From: Octopus vulgaris
Lineage: Eukaryota
DNA length: 64,000 nucleotides
Assembly: GCA_951406725.2 (NCBI GenBank)
Contig: OX597829.1
Location: 13,640,001 to 13,704,000 of the forward strand
Direction of reading: 5' to 3'
Shown here: in pieces, positions 41,621 to 55,399 of the stretch
Position numbering within the stretch: the stretch's first letter is position 1
Layout of the letters: each line of letters opens with the position of its first letter
The notes under the pieces: model-generated
Database searches by the model: none
Told to the model about the DNA's origin: nothing
The model's input: only the letters and a program-made list of their open reading frames with translations
Program-made: the position numbers and the translations under genes

Positions 41621-42248
41621 CATACTATTTCAATTCCTGAGCACCATACTAATACATTTGCTTGTTTGTACTCCACCTGCCTTCGTCTTTTGTTTATTTT
41701 CGTAAACCTTCCATATATATATATATATATATACATATGCACACTCCCATATATACAAATATATGTATACACGCGCGAATTTATGCATATATATATATAT
41801 ATATATATACATATACGTATATTCAATCGTGCACGCGAGAACAAGTATATACATATGATCATGTAGGCATATATTTATAAGTATGTTGACGTGTTTAATT
41901 AGATGAAAAGTTTTAGGAGGTCTTCTTTTATCAGTTCTGCGTGTATACGGACGTGTATATTTTCATTCGCACTATCTCTAATGCTTCTTTGGAGATTATA
42001 CATAGTAACGTATGAGCGCGCGTGCTCGTGATTATATAGGTGCGTATGTGTATCTGTGATTATGAGCAGACACACATACACACGATGCGTGTGTATGTGT
42101 ATACATGTGTCGGAGGCGGGGGGGATAGGAAGAAAATCAGAAGATATAAGTTGAGTATTTACTTCTCTCATAAATTGATGCTCATAGGTGACTGTTTCGC
42201 AGCCAACATCATGCAAAAATATATATGTATATATGTGTGTATGTATGC

Positions 42249-42296
<48 letters not shown>

Positions 42297-42314
42297 TATG
42301 TATATGTATGTATG

Positions 42315-42347
<33 letters not shown>

Positions 42348-42630
42348 ATTTATATATATATATATTTATATATATATATATATATATTTCAACAATTGAG
42401 GGTAAAATTAATTAATTATTAATCAATTTCACCAAGTGTTCAGTATGCAAAGGGACCATTTAAGGCGAATTCAAATTATTACATTATATAAAAGGGCTTA
42501 GTAAAATAAATTACTTTGCCGCATACTGAACTCATTAGAAATAGCAGCTAAAAAACTTTTTAAAACTATTTCTAATACTTAAAGAAAACCTCTCTCATAT
42601 AATGTTTGCTCAATTCATATAGTGTTTGCT

Positions 42631-42678
<48 letters not shown>

Positions 42679-42924
42679 GGCAGATCCTCTACCCGTGAAC
42701 CTTTTCTAGCACTCTCTAGTATTCGACCTGAGGGGGTCCAAAACTTCCCCTGCTGCCGCTAAGTAGATTAATGGAATTGCGGTTATCCATGGAATGAATA
42801 TTGAAGTAGTTCCCCGTTGCCTTCTCCAGGCAGGTAGAATTTGAACTCGGAATGTAAGTGTGCCGGAAAATATAGCTATATTTTCCAGCACACTACAATC
42901 TGCTGATGCGTTAACAATTGTAGT

Positions 42925-43032
42925 ACACTTCCACCAACTAGAGCAAGAAAACCACACGCCGCCGGGTCGGGGGTTCGAACCTACGGTCTAGTGATCGTTA
43001 CTGCAACATCCTAACCACTAAGCTACGCGCCT
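42925..43032 (-). mobile_element. tRNA-like SINE head
   Basis: A box TAGCTTAGTGG and B box GGTTCGAACC on the minus strand; no complete cloverleaf. Confidence 0.75.
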
Positions 43033-43301
43033 CTTCAAAAGACACAGATAACATAAGTACCATGCTTTAAAAAATATGTACTGGGCTTGATACATTTAAC
43101 TAAAATTTCTTCAAAGCGGTCTCCCAGCATGGTCGCAGTCTAATGACTAAGATAAGTAAAAGATAAAAGATAAAAGATTATACACCCCCATACACGCACA
43201 GACACATACGCACACATAAACACACATGTATATATATACATGAGTACCGCTGGCGATATTTTTCCTCTGTCTTCCCTTCTCGGGATCTTTCCTTCTCCTA
43301 T

Positions 43302-43336
43302 GTTTCCGACGAAGAGCTCCGCTCGAAACGTTAAAC
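43302..43336 (+). ncRNA. Minimal type I hammerhead ribozyme motif
   Basis: GUUU-CcGACGA-a-GAGC(UCC)GCUC-GAAA-CG-UU-AAAC; core U4 is C. Confidence 0.72.
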
Positions 43337-43435
43337 CCTCCTTCTTCCCTTCTTTCCTGAGCGTCCAATAATACTTTTGTTCCACGTCCTCGCGTTGTTG
43401 TGTTTTTTGTTTTTTTTGTGTTTTCTTGTTTGGAT

Positions 43436-43493
<58 letters not shown>

Positions 43494-43495
<2 letters not shown>

Positions 43496-43868
43496 CGCAA
43501 AAGTGGTTGCGTGGTAAGGGTAAGTAGCTTGCTTCCCAACCACATAGTTCCGGGTTCAGTCACACTGCGTACCACATTGGGCAAGTGTCTTCTACTACAG
43601 CGTTGGACCTACCAAAGCTCTGTGAGTGGATTTGGTAGACGGAAACTGAAAGAAACCCGTCGTATATATATATGTACGTATGTATGTATATGTATGTATT
43701 TGTTATTTGTGTCCATGTTTGTCCTCCCACCATCGCTTGACAACCGACGCTGGTGTGTTTACGTCCCTGTCACTTAGCGGTTCGGCAAAAGTGACCGACA
43801 GAGTAAGTACTAGGCTTACAAAGAATAAGTCCTGGAGTCGGTGGCCCACCATGGCCGTTATTAAATGA
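43494..43868 (+). mobile_element. tRNA-derived SINE with an internal microsatellite
   Basis: A-box-like gtggttgcgtggt and B-box-like gggttcagtc; relatives at 26920-27178 and 28580-28621. Confidence 0.82.
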
Positions 43869-43869
43869 A

Positions 43870-45900
43870 GAATTAAGCACCACCACCTTCGCTATTCTCA
43901 TAAGACTCTTAATATATTTAAAAAGAACCCTCACAACGCCTCATCCATGGAAATGAAAGATGTAGTTTTCCATTTGATTCTAGAAAAATGTGCAGATCGC
44001 CTTAGAATGAGCTCTTGATGTAAATTTTAATGATCACAACTATAGAAAGCGAATAATAAATAGTCAGCGGTCGTAGTCCCGAGGAGGTCAACCTCAAGAT
44101 GAAAAGTATCATCAGACTGTGACAATATATAAGAGATATCTCCACCATCCATGGCATTTAAAATAAGGTACGTGAAGGTTACCCAATTCGATATTGAATA
44201 ATTTTATACTTCAACATCTAAGTTTATCTTTCTGAAAGCCCTGGACTTCAAGGCAGAATTTGCCGTAATTACTGATCACGACATCAGAATCATATGGAGC
44301 GTAAAGAAAAACTACAAAATGATCACTATAAAATTTGATTAATTCCAGTTTCTTGGAGTATCTTTTTTCATATTTCCTTTTTGAGTTTCTTCTCACATTT
44401 GCTGAATATCTCCAAGACATCCCATCTCTTCCTTACTATTTTTCCTCTCTATTATAGTAAATGTTGGAGAGCTGTGCTGTAAAGTAATATGGGTCGCGTC
44501 TCCGAGAAAAGTCAGTGCAACCAAACGGACTCATGTCATTTCCTGTGCACCTCGTTCTGTAGCCAGAGATGTCTGAGATTTAATGTCTTTCCCTCAAAAC
44601 AGGACCGACCAGAAACTTTGAATTGTGCCCTTCACTTCTGAGTTTAGCGATATCGCTGCCGCCGCTGATGCTGCTTTTGATGCTGTTTGCACCTCACTTT
44701 TGTTGGTTCTTTCTTTTGGAAGTAAAAATAGCCTTCAAGTAGCCTTTACTACAAAATGTGTAGCAACTGAGCCTTCTGCTCTGCAGTAGTAGTTTCATTG
44801 GAATCCTATCCACCCCATCAAAAAGGCACAGCCCCTAGAATAGTGTTTTAGCTTTGAAGCTTAGTATGTTTATGAAGACTCCCACCATAATATAGTTTCA
44901 GGGCACCTCCACGCCGTCGTGCTGTGCAAATGTTATAACAAACCAAGGGTCGACGTCATCGTCAGTGTCTATTTCTGCGGGGTCTATGCATCATTGCACA
45001 TCCCTGTTAGATATGTACCTTCAGGAGATATGAAAGCTCCCGCCTTTACTTGAGAAACAAAGACCTTTTTTCCTAATGAATTTTTCGGGCAAGAAAGCAC
45101 TGTTTTCTGTTACCTACTTCCTCCAAATATTCTTTTTTCTTCGCTGAATCATATCGAGTCACTCCTCTTTCGCTACAAAGTTTGGAAATGGAATGTTGCT
45201 GATGTTTGTGGTAGTGGTAGCGGTGCCACCATTGTACTTCACATTGCATTATTATTATTTTAAATTAGTTTTTCCAATACTTAATATTTAAACTTGGATC
45301 TTCTGTTTGACTTTTTTCGCTTGAAAATATATTGGGGTCTACTTGTTTACACCACTGCCACCAACACTACTATTCTCCCGAGTAGCTTCTACTACAACCT
45401 TTGAAGCGACCAACTCGCAATGCGGAAAAATACTGCAAATGGCTACATGTCAAAAATGGATAAACAGCTTAAAATATCGAAAGGACAAATCATTTTCTCC
45501 CCCAGTCATTTAGCTCGACCAACGCCAAAATGAACCAAACGTCCTTCCGCTAAATCCTTTTTGTGGATTAGGGCTTAGAGAATTAGTCAAATCTTTTGAA
45601 AATTATATTATTCATAATGCTCGCTTTGACGTCTATTTGCATCAAAATGTAATCATGATATCAATATAAATAATAACAACAATAATAGTTGCCCTGATGT
45701 AGAACCAGTTTATTCAAAAATGGATAAACAGTTTAAAATATCCAAAAGACAAACCATTTTCTCACCCCAAAACAAATCTAAAACCTTTCGCTAAAATCCT
45801 TTTTGTGGATTTTGGCGTGGGAAATAAATGAATTCTTTTTAATCATTTTATTCGTGATGCTCTCTCAGACGTCAGTTTGCATCAAAATGTAATAGCGATA
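43870..45900 (-). mobile_element. Possible very old Tx1/L1 5' portion with a duplicated ~200 bp upstream unit
   Basis: Degenerate knuckle-like YYCRAEGSVATHF near 44770; direct repeat 45451-45660 and 45716-45900. Confidence 0.4.
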
Positions 45901-45932
45901 ATAATGATAATATCAATGATAGTATTAGCTCT

Positions 45933-45986
<54 letters not shown>

Positions 45987-45988
45987 TA

Positions 45989-46030
<42 letters not shown>

Positions 46031-46619
46031 TTTTTAAATTCAGTTTCTTTTATTTGTTAGTATTTTTGCTTGCTGCTTCTCTTTTTGTTTCATTTCATTT
46101 TAGTTGACATATTTTTATGTTACTAGTTTTATATATCTTTCGTTGTTTTATAAAACCACAAGTTGTTCTTTTTCGTCATTTTTGCTGTTGTTTACTTTTT
46201 TCTCTTTTTTCCGCTTTCTCGTCCCAATGACCAGAAATTTCATCAGCATGATAAACGATACTGTGAGGCTTCTCTGAATCATATAAAGACACAAAACTCT
46301 TGGTAGGAATTTTTCAAACGAATCATCACTGAGAAATTGCCAGTGTCTGTCGATACTTCCCATCAATATGGCTTCATTCGACCATCTTCTTGATAAAGAC
46401 ACTTCACTGAATACTTGAACAAAATAAGCGAAAGGAAAAAAAAAGATGACTTATTTATATTCTCCTCCTTTCCTTCGTTCTTTTGCCCCTGTTGTTGTTG
46501 ATTCACAGTTTCCTTTTTCATTTCTTTCCTGTTCTATTTTTCTCCTATTAAATAAATTTAACCACTGGTGAAGCTTTCTACATTTGTCGACAATATATGA
46601 CAACTACACAAGCGCAAAA

Positions 46620-46637
46620 GTATCTGTGTGTGTGTGA

Positions 46638-46672
<35 letters not shown>

Positions 46673-46920
46673 CGTGTGTGTGGATAGAGACAGGGGGAGA
46701 GGAATAACGAGATAGAACTTGAAGAACTTACGTGTACATGTGTATATACGTATGTGAGTGCGTGTGTGTATATACACACACATACATATATATTCTTACA
46801 AACATGCATATATATATATGTTCTTACAAACAGATATATACATATATATCTACCTATATACATGATCAATATATTTATATATACATATGTATATATGCCT
46901 TACATACAAATAAAATACGT

Positions 46921-46956
<36 letters not shown>

Positions 46957-47151
46957 TGTATTAATGTACATATGTATAGATATTCATACATTTATGTATC
47001 AATACGTTTACATATATGAATACATAACATCCATATATAGATATACACATATATATATATATATATATATTCATATACATGTATATATACATATATGTAT
47101 GTATATATTCATATATATATATATATACATATATGTATGTATATATTCATA

Positions 47152-47214
<63 letters not shown>

Positions 47215-47270
47215 ATATATGTATGCATGAGTTTTATATAGAGAGCTATATATACATACAAACACGTACA
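46620..47270 (+). repeat. (GT)n/(TA)n/(CATA)-type low-complexity tract
   Basis: Directly visible. Confidence 0.95.
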
Positions 47271-47660
47271 TAAATAAATGCATGAAATTCTTTGTTGCTC
47301 TTTTTCTTCTGCTTCTATTTTTTTCTTTGTCTTCTTAAAAATTTATTTCAGCCAAAAGCTAAGTTCTGATGAAAAGTTTCTCTATCGAATGTTTTCCAAA
47401 AACTGAAGCGATTGTTTATTCTATTCTTCTATTTACCATTTTATTTGTCTCTATTTTTTTTACCCCACCACACATTTATCTTCCTTGGTATTTTTCTTCG
47501 TTGTTTTTTGTTTTATCTTACAACTCATTTTTTAAATATTTTTGTTTCTTTATTTACTTGCTTCACTTCTTGCGGTAATGCTATCGGCAGATATCGGAAG
47601 ATATCTTTCTTCGTACATTTTTGTATTTAGTTTATTCTTAATTTTTCCCCATTTTTCTTT

Positions 47661-47681
47661 GTGTGTATGTGTATGTGTGTG

Positions 47682-47774
<93 letters not shown>
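47661..47774 (+). repeat. (GT)n microsatellite
   Basis: Directly visible. Confidence 0.99.
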
Positions 47775-47778
<4 letters not shown>

Positions 47779-48484
47779 GATTGCGGAAACACACTTAACT
47801 TGTAATTCTTTACTTTTCATTTTCCATGTGATGCTGATATATATATTTAGAACATGTGTGAGATTACCAAATATTCTGCATCCTTACTCTCTATTTTTGA
47901 TAATCTTTTAGCTTCCAAACCTTTATGAGTACTTCTGCAGAAACAATATTTTAAAAAGATTGTGATGTCTTTGAATATATCCATAATAAATATACAATTA
48001 TACTTATTCGGATCTTTTCTGTTTGGCTTTCACTTTTCAGTTTCTTCAATTTTATTCCAATTCATTTCAAATTTGATGTATTGATGTAGTTTTGTATGTT
48101 AATAATGGAATGGACATTCCTTTCTGCCTTAAATAAATAAATAAATAAATTGCTTCTAAAGTTTGAAAATTTTGATTAATTTTAGACAATTGAAAGCCAG
48201 ACGTATTGGAGATTGTTTCCATCGTAACAAGCCAAGTTGTGTATTCTGCTTACCTGTTTGTTTGTATAACCTTTCGTATATGATGAAGAAATTGAAGAGC
48301 GAGGAAGGTGCGGCTGATCAGGCAGACCTATGATCGAAAGGAGCATGCCAATGCTCCACGGTTTTAGTATTACCTAGGATTAACCATATTCTAGTGTATC
48401 CTTTCTCAATTTATGACGTTATGTTCTTCCGGAGGAGATTTAGCTACATTTTCCAGCAGTTTGATTGTGCCTTTAGTAGAAAGG

Positions 48485-48591
<107 letters not shown>

Positions 48592-48617
48592 CATCATCAT
48601 CATTATTATTATTATTC

Positions 48618-48812
48618 TGTGAGATGGCAGAATCGTTTACACGCTGGGCAGTATTTCGTCTGTCTTTAACTTCTGTGTTCAAAATCCATCGAGTACAACT
48701 TTGCCGTCGATAAGTTAAGTACCGGTTGAATACTGGGATCGATGTAATTGATTATCTCCTCCTCTTAAAATTCATGCCTTGTGCTTTTGGTAGAAAGGAT
48801 TATTATTATTAT
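48618..48812 (+). mobile_element. SINE (55400 family) between (ATT)n tracts
   Basis: ggcagaatcgttt...gtagaaagg followed by (ATT)n. Confidence 0.75.
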
Positions 48813-48994
48813 TAATTCAAATCCGCACAACAGATTAGATTATTGGAAAAGAGAAATTCCTAACATCGAGCTACAACAAGTCACTTTAGATGCCAAGAAT
48901 CTTCCTAAGTATCCAGACTTTATCTGAAAACACGGTTTTCTTGAGCTGCACTAAATTAGATCTCGTGCTGGTTTCTTTTGTCAATCTGTTCAAA

Positions 48995-49325
48995 GTGCTA
49001 TAAAATAAGAAATATGTTGTAGGACTTTAAACATTCAGACTGACAAACTAATCCAAGCTAGAAGACTTCATTTAGTAGTAGCGGACAAAGAGGATAAAAA
49101 GTACCAGGTAATTGACTTTACTGTCCCAAATGATGAAAAAGTCAATAGGAGAGGCATAGTTATAGTTGCATTAGGAACTATTTCAAAAGATTTGAATAAA
49201 TGGACAAAGGAAGTTCTAGAAAACAGTGTTATTAAGGAAGGTTCTGGACATCTAAGATTACTTGTTGTAGTCTGATGTTGTGAATTTTATTTTTTTCCAG
49301 CAGTTTAATCTCTTATGCTTAGATG
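48995..49325 (+). mobile_element. RLE LINE 3' fragment
   Basis: Matches 36650-37085 (gactttaa.cattcagactgac, tttactgtcccaaatgatgaaaaa). Confidence 0.8.
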
Positions 49326-49333
49326 TAATAATA

Positions 49334-49366
<33 letters not shown>

Positions 49367-49373
49367 ATGATTA

Positions 49374-49407
<34 letters not shown>

Positions 49408-49530
49408 GATGATGATGATGATGATGATGAGGATGAGGATGATGGTGATGATGGTGATGAAGAGGAGGAGGAGGAGGAGGGGGAGGGGAGGGGCAGGAGG
49501 GGGATGATGATGAGGATAATGATTATGATT
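49326..49530 (+). repeat. (GAT)/(GGT)/(GAG) compound trinucleotide repeat
   Basis: Directly visible. Confidence 0.97.
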
Positions 49531-49899
49531 GATGCCACTTTTCTCATCGTTCTTTGCAAACTCAAAAGCAGATCTGGATTTTCTCAATCTGCTTCTTAAA
49601 TATATTAATACAATCACAGATAGTACGATGGCAAGACTTAATCTCTTTGAATAATCTCGTCCGGATTATTTGCAATTCCCAACGATTCATTTGTACACTT
49701 TAGTTCTATTTTCAATGATCTTATTGCTTTTCCTATTAAAAAAAGTTGTTAGTCTTTCAATAGACTCCATTGATCATCAGACACTCTGGAAATCAATAGT
49801 ATGATATATTACCGAATCTTAAAACACTCGAAAAATAAGAATCTTTATTTTCTTGTTCAATCAGTAAGGATATTTATCAGAGGTCTTGGTATGTAGTTT

Positions 49900-50790
49900 G
49901 GTGAGTGTACAATTTTATTTATCAAGAGAAGTCGAAAGTTTAAATCTAATGGAATAAAGACGGGATAATACCAAAAGAGAACATGAGATACAAGTACCAA
50001 GTGTGCTGTGGAACGATAATATAAACGAAATTATCAAATTTCCAAAAGAAAGAGGAGAATGGTTAAGACAGGTTGAAAACAAAATTAAATGGAAATTCAA
50101 TTACTAAGGTAGTCAATATTTGAAACATACCAGCATTGAGCTTCTCTGCTCCTTTTATTAAAGTGCATAAATAATGGACTACATGAATTGAGGAGAAGAA
50201 TTAGGAATCTAAATGCTATATTGGCATACTCAATTTACCAAGAAGGGAAATCGGCAAGACTGTTGCAAAATTTTGTTGTGCGCAGAGAAATAAATTGTTA
50301 TGTGCAACGAGAAATATGGAATACATTCTGAAATAGTGAAAGACTTCAGAAATAGAAAGAGTTACATGCCAAATTTCTGAAAAAGCAAAAAAATTCATGC
50401 AACAAATCGGATATGGCTGTGACAAATAGACGGAAACTTGAAACAAGAAACTGAATTGCCAATTATAAATACTCAGGAAGGAAACTTTAAAATGAATTTG
50501 ATAAAAACAAGGATTGATAAAACGGTGGACGAAAATATAAACCATCTCTTAAGTGAGTGTAGTAAGCTAGCACAAGAGGAGTATAAATACAAGCATGACT
50601 TTGTCGGTAAAAAATTCATTGGGATGATAGACAAATTAGCTGATGCAAAGTTACTGGAAATTGGTATGAACACAAGCCGGAGGTTGTGATAAGGTATAAT
50701 AATTATTAGATTTCATGGGACTTCTCCATAAAGACTGGCTATATAATCGGGCAAGAAGACCAAATATGATCGTGAAGTCAGAAAGAACAA
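49900..50790 (+). mobile_element. Decayed R4/Dong-like fragment
   Basis: ENINHLLSECSKLAQEEYKYKHD followed by a decayed WDF...RRP.MIV motif. Confidence 0.7.
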
Positions 50791-51331
50791 ATAGCAATTT
50801 TGAGAGGGAGGTGTTTGTCGATATTACTCTCAGTACTTGAAAGATACTTTATTGTTTCAATCCTGACGTGATGGATGGCTAAGTTGATCCTGCTAGAATT
50901 TGAACACAGAATGTAAAAATATCACAAAGAATTTTCTCGTTGCTCTAACAATTCCGGCAGCTAATAATAATGATGGTAATGATGATGGTCACTCTCGTCG
51001 ATTTCGAGGTATGAGTGTTTGAAGGAGAGGAAAAAGAAAAGAAAGAGAAAGAAAAACAACTTTAAGAGTAAAGCTGCATCTATCTGTGGTAGATGCGTGA
51101 ATGTAATTTCAGTCCAGGTATGGATTTTGATATGAAGTCACAATGGAGACACAGATGATTTTGATTTTGCTTGCGATTGGGCAAGTCGGTCTGTAGATTA
51201 CAAGATGTAATTCTTTTATTGCTTTATTTCTTCAACTCAAGTTATTTTGATGCACCATGACACATTTTATGCCATGCTGATCGATCTAAGCATTGAGTTT
51301 CCCAAGATACCAAATTAAACGGTAGAGACTT

Positions 51332-51429
<98 letters not shown>

Positions 51430-51484
51430 TGATGATGATGATGATGATGATGAGGAGGAGGAGGAGGAGGAGGAGGAGGAGGAT

Positions 51485-51860
51485 AATCGGGATTCTTTCC
51501 TGCAGTCATTTTGTTAATTTCTTTCAAGATGATCATTCAATTTTTCCTATTATTGCATTTAGAAGTTGTCACATCATAGGTAAAAAGGCAATCGGACGAT
51601 AGTTACTGGCCACTCTACCCTTGGATGGATGGATCCTTTACAATCAATATAGTTCTTCCTTTGAGCATCCATTCTGGTATAATTCTCTGGCGCACACAAC
51701 CTTACAGGAGTTCTAGTACTTTAGGGTGTAAATTTGCCAGACCTTGAACCAAAAACCCTGAATTAGCTCCGGGCCAGCTGCCTTCTAATTTCTCGTCTTA
51801 CCAACTCTGGCTTGAATATATCTCAACGTGATGACAATATCCTCCTGTACAATATAGATA
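51485..51860 (-). mobile_element. Decayed RLE-LINE RT N-terminal fragment
   Basis: GPELIQGFWFK and ASNYRPIAF motifs. Confidence 0.6.
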
Positions 51861-51886
51861 CACAAACAAATAAAGTTTTAAGATAT

Positions 51887-51921
<35 letters not shown>

Positions 51922-52887
51922 TTCTGGATGTTTGTACGTATGTGTGTGACTATCCTAGCCTAATTGATGACCCCCCCCCAAACACACAAGAAAATATATG
52001 AAAGCAATTTCATATATGAAATATAGATGAAAGCAATACATCTGTCTTCTCCAAAATTTTTCTCGTACTTCATCATAAGTAACGGGTTAAAAATATTCTT
52101 AACAGAGCATCTCTATTCATTGTGAAGAAATATTAAAATTCCTCTTATGATTTGGCATTGAACCAGTCTACCAAATGGGCTACAACTTGTCTGTATATTT
52201 GTACAAGTAAGCAAACGCTTCAAATATATTTCAAAGCAATATTCATGAAGAACTTGTCTCTGGCAAGACCTTATTTTTTTCTTTCAATCAATGTAAAGTG
52301 TTTTCTAAGTTACAAAAGGAATCAATAAATGCCTAAGGCAAACAAGGAGGTCCTAACATTTGAGTAACCCAAGATATCTATTCATCTATAATAGGTATAT
52401 GCTCTGAGAAGGTAGTTTCAGTACTCCTATAAACAGTACGAGAGCAGAATGCTCTCACGTGCTGGGCTGCTGCAGAAATCCTGGTTAACAATAGTGCAAA
52501 CCCCATTGTTTCTCAAGACAAAGGATGCGAAAGAAATTACATATATGGGAGAATAAATATATCTTCTTAAAATAGCTTCTTAGAATTTTCGGGCAAAATG
52601 TAAAAATAGTAAAGTATCGCTGAAGAATTCACAAGATGTGACGAAAGAGCTTTGATTAAAAATAACAAAACAGATAAATGTCTAACGCCCCATTTCCCTG
52701 TGTAACATGATTTTGTCCTAGGGTAGCTATTGTTATTTTCTTTTTGCTTACCCCTAGAGAGTAAGAAAAATGGCTAATATTATTCAGTTTTATTTCAAGC
52801 TTTCTTGCCAATAGAGAAAGAGTAGGTTTCTAACCTAGATCCAAGGCTCCTTCATTGGAATTTCATCATCAACAACAGGGTATTTTT

Positions 52888-53075
52888 GTATGTATGTATG
52901 TATGCATGTATGTATGTATGTGTGTATGTATGTATGTATGTGTGTATGTATGTATGTATGTATGTATGTATGTATGTATGTATGTATGTATGTATGTATG
53001 TATGTATGTATGTGTGCATGTATATGTGCATGCATGTATACATGTATGTGTGTATGTGTGTGTGTGTGTGTTTGT
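52888..53075 (+). repeat. (TATG)n/(TG)n microsatellite
   Basis: Directly visible. Confidence 0.98.
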
Positions 53076-53089
53076 ATGTAAGTGTTTAG

Positions 53090-53690
53090 GATTTTTCTTT
53101 GAGTTTATATAAGATCTCCTTGAGAGAGTTCAAACCGATCACTAACAAAAGTTGGATTTTGAGCTAATTTGTTGATACATAACCTAATGCATAGTCAGGG
53201 TACAAGAGTTGTAAGTTCCGCATAAATGTTCTCTTTTTCCTACACGTTTGATAGTACATTCACATCCACTGGACAGCTGACATCTACAACAATACATGAC
53301 TTTTGTTCCTTGTCCCTCAGAGCAATATCAGGTTTGTTATGTTCGCACAAAATTTGTTTTAATTAGAGTGTTCCACCGGTATTCTTTGTGCTTAAAAGTG
53401 CGAATGCCTACTAACATACCTTTGATGTATACGTCAGGGCAGTCCTTCCTGCGGTTAACATTGCATTATAAATAGCCTTTGCAATTATATCAAGCATAGG
53501 TGGTGGTAGTATCTCATAGACATCTTGGGACAGCTGCTGATGATGTGGGTGATATCTGCCACACAGGTTGATGTTTGGAGGCATGCAAGCATATCATTTT
53601 TTGGCATCTGAAACTTACCAATGTCTTTTCTCGATATTCATCGTATCCGACCTTTGGAAAACTGATCAACGGATTTACAAACATATACAC
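53090..53690 (-). mobile_element. Decayed RLE-LINE C-terminus
   Basis: DITHIISSCPKM and HNKPDIALRDKEQKSCIVVDVSCP. Confidence 0.78.
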
Positions 53691-55001
53691 AAGCAACTGT
53701 ATAAACAGACGTAGTGTGATTGTTTTATAAATTGTTACGGAAATTTATTTATAGATGCAATTATTCATTATTGAACTAATATTATAAACGTAGCTTTTAG
53801 CAAATGATAAATGTAACGTGTACATATATGATAATTATTGAAATGCATCCAAAATTAAAGATTGAAAGTATAAATCAAAGCATTATTTAAATTACACACA
53901 TAAATATAAAGAATTGATTAAAATATGTTTTGCTTTTGAAATATATTTCATTTTTAACTGATAAAAAGGAATACTCTCAGGTAGCTATAGAATATTCAAA
54001 TAGAAAGATAAGTGGGGTTTCGCATCAAAACACCCGTATAAGTTAGATTTTCTTCGTCTTAACGGGAATTTTTTCTAATTTTATTTTCACCAAGCCTTGG
54101 AAATGATGAGGTGCATCATTTACGATAAACAATCCTCCACTTCTGGGCGGATTTTGGCCAAATTTGTTTGGTATTCCGCACTTAAAAACAATAGGTGAAG
54201 CCATTTCGGTATTAAAAAAATGTAAATGTGAAAGAAACAACAAATCTACTTTAAATCGTGCACAGTGTTTTATCTGAAATATCCTTCGTCAATAGGGTCG
54301 GTTTTAAGACAATTTGGCACATTTGATCAAATTTGGCCTCGCGCCAAGAGACGGCTCAGCTCGGCTTGTAATAAAACATTAAAACTTTAATCAGAACGTT
54401 CAATTTTTAGTACATAACTGTGGTTAATGGTGGAGTCTGAAGCTCCCAACACGTTTTGACTGGGATTGGGACTGATGTACTACATGAAGCATACAACATC
54501 AATCTTCAGCTTTTTCTAGAGTTGAGGGCCCTACTGATTATTCTCTAGTTGGGCCCCGCACTTCCGGTCGCCGGTCTTGACAATGAGTGAGGGATCCCCA
54601 GATGTTGTCAGTGTCCTTGTTGGAGAGTGACATTCTGATGTAAAAATCTACAATTTCAAGTAAATACTTTGTCATCGCGCTTCGGCCTGTTGTTAGCTGT
54701 TTATTACGAAGACTCAGAGAATGTTACTTGTTTATCACTATAATCCACTGACGCACAGATATTTCTTAATGGTAACCTCATTTGTCATTCCATCCTCAGA
54801 AAGTCCTACGGTGATGGGAGAGTAGCAATATGTGAAGACTAAAGCAGTTAGAAGCACATTGTAAGTTACAACATTCGCCTTTTACCTATGCTCCATATCA
54901 CGTAGATCAGCAACAGGACTGCAACTTCACCTGAGAGGTCATGTATGTATGTATGTATGTATATGTATGTATGTATGTATATGTATGTATGTATGTATAT
55001 A

Positions 55002-55246
55002 TATAAAGGATCGTGGGTAAGGCCAGAACAATGTGAATTAAAGGCAAGGCAAATCCCAAGCAAACAAATATATGAATTAATGTAGACTTACCTTACATTC
55101 AATATGTCGTCAGTTTCTTAAAAATGAGGTCATAACCCTGAAATATTGAATGCGAGGTAAGTCTACATTAATTCATATATTTGTGTTCTTGGGATTTGCC
55201 TTGCATTTACTTCGCATTGTTCTGGCCTTACCCATGATCCTTTATA
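55002..55246. mobile_element. Fold-back MITE-like element
   Basis: About 104 bp imperfect inverted arms, 55002-55105 and 55143-55246, with TA-rich ends. Confidence 0.88.
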
Positions 55247-55399
55247 ATACTTATTCCATAAATATATATATATAAGTGATTGTCAATGCTTGGGAATTCT
55301 TTTTAAAGTTCATAAGTGCCTTCTCAGAAAACCATCAAATATTTATCTCTCTCCAAAATTACTAAATAAGTGCTATTGTTATTGTTATTAATATATGAT

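Noticed and set aside
42955-43032. tRNA gene
   Set aside because: A and B boxes are present but the acceptor and anticodon stems do not pair well; better explained as a SINE head.
53619-53696. Apparent 78 bp minus-strand exon bounded by cag and gtaagt
   Set aside because: It lies in a decayed RLE-LINE C-terminus just before the zinc-finger remnant, and the acceptor is weak.
54020-54850. Complex-sequence stretch that might be an exon or a transposon end
   Set aside because: No recognisable motif, terminal repeat or convincing splice pair.
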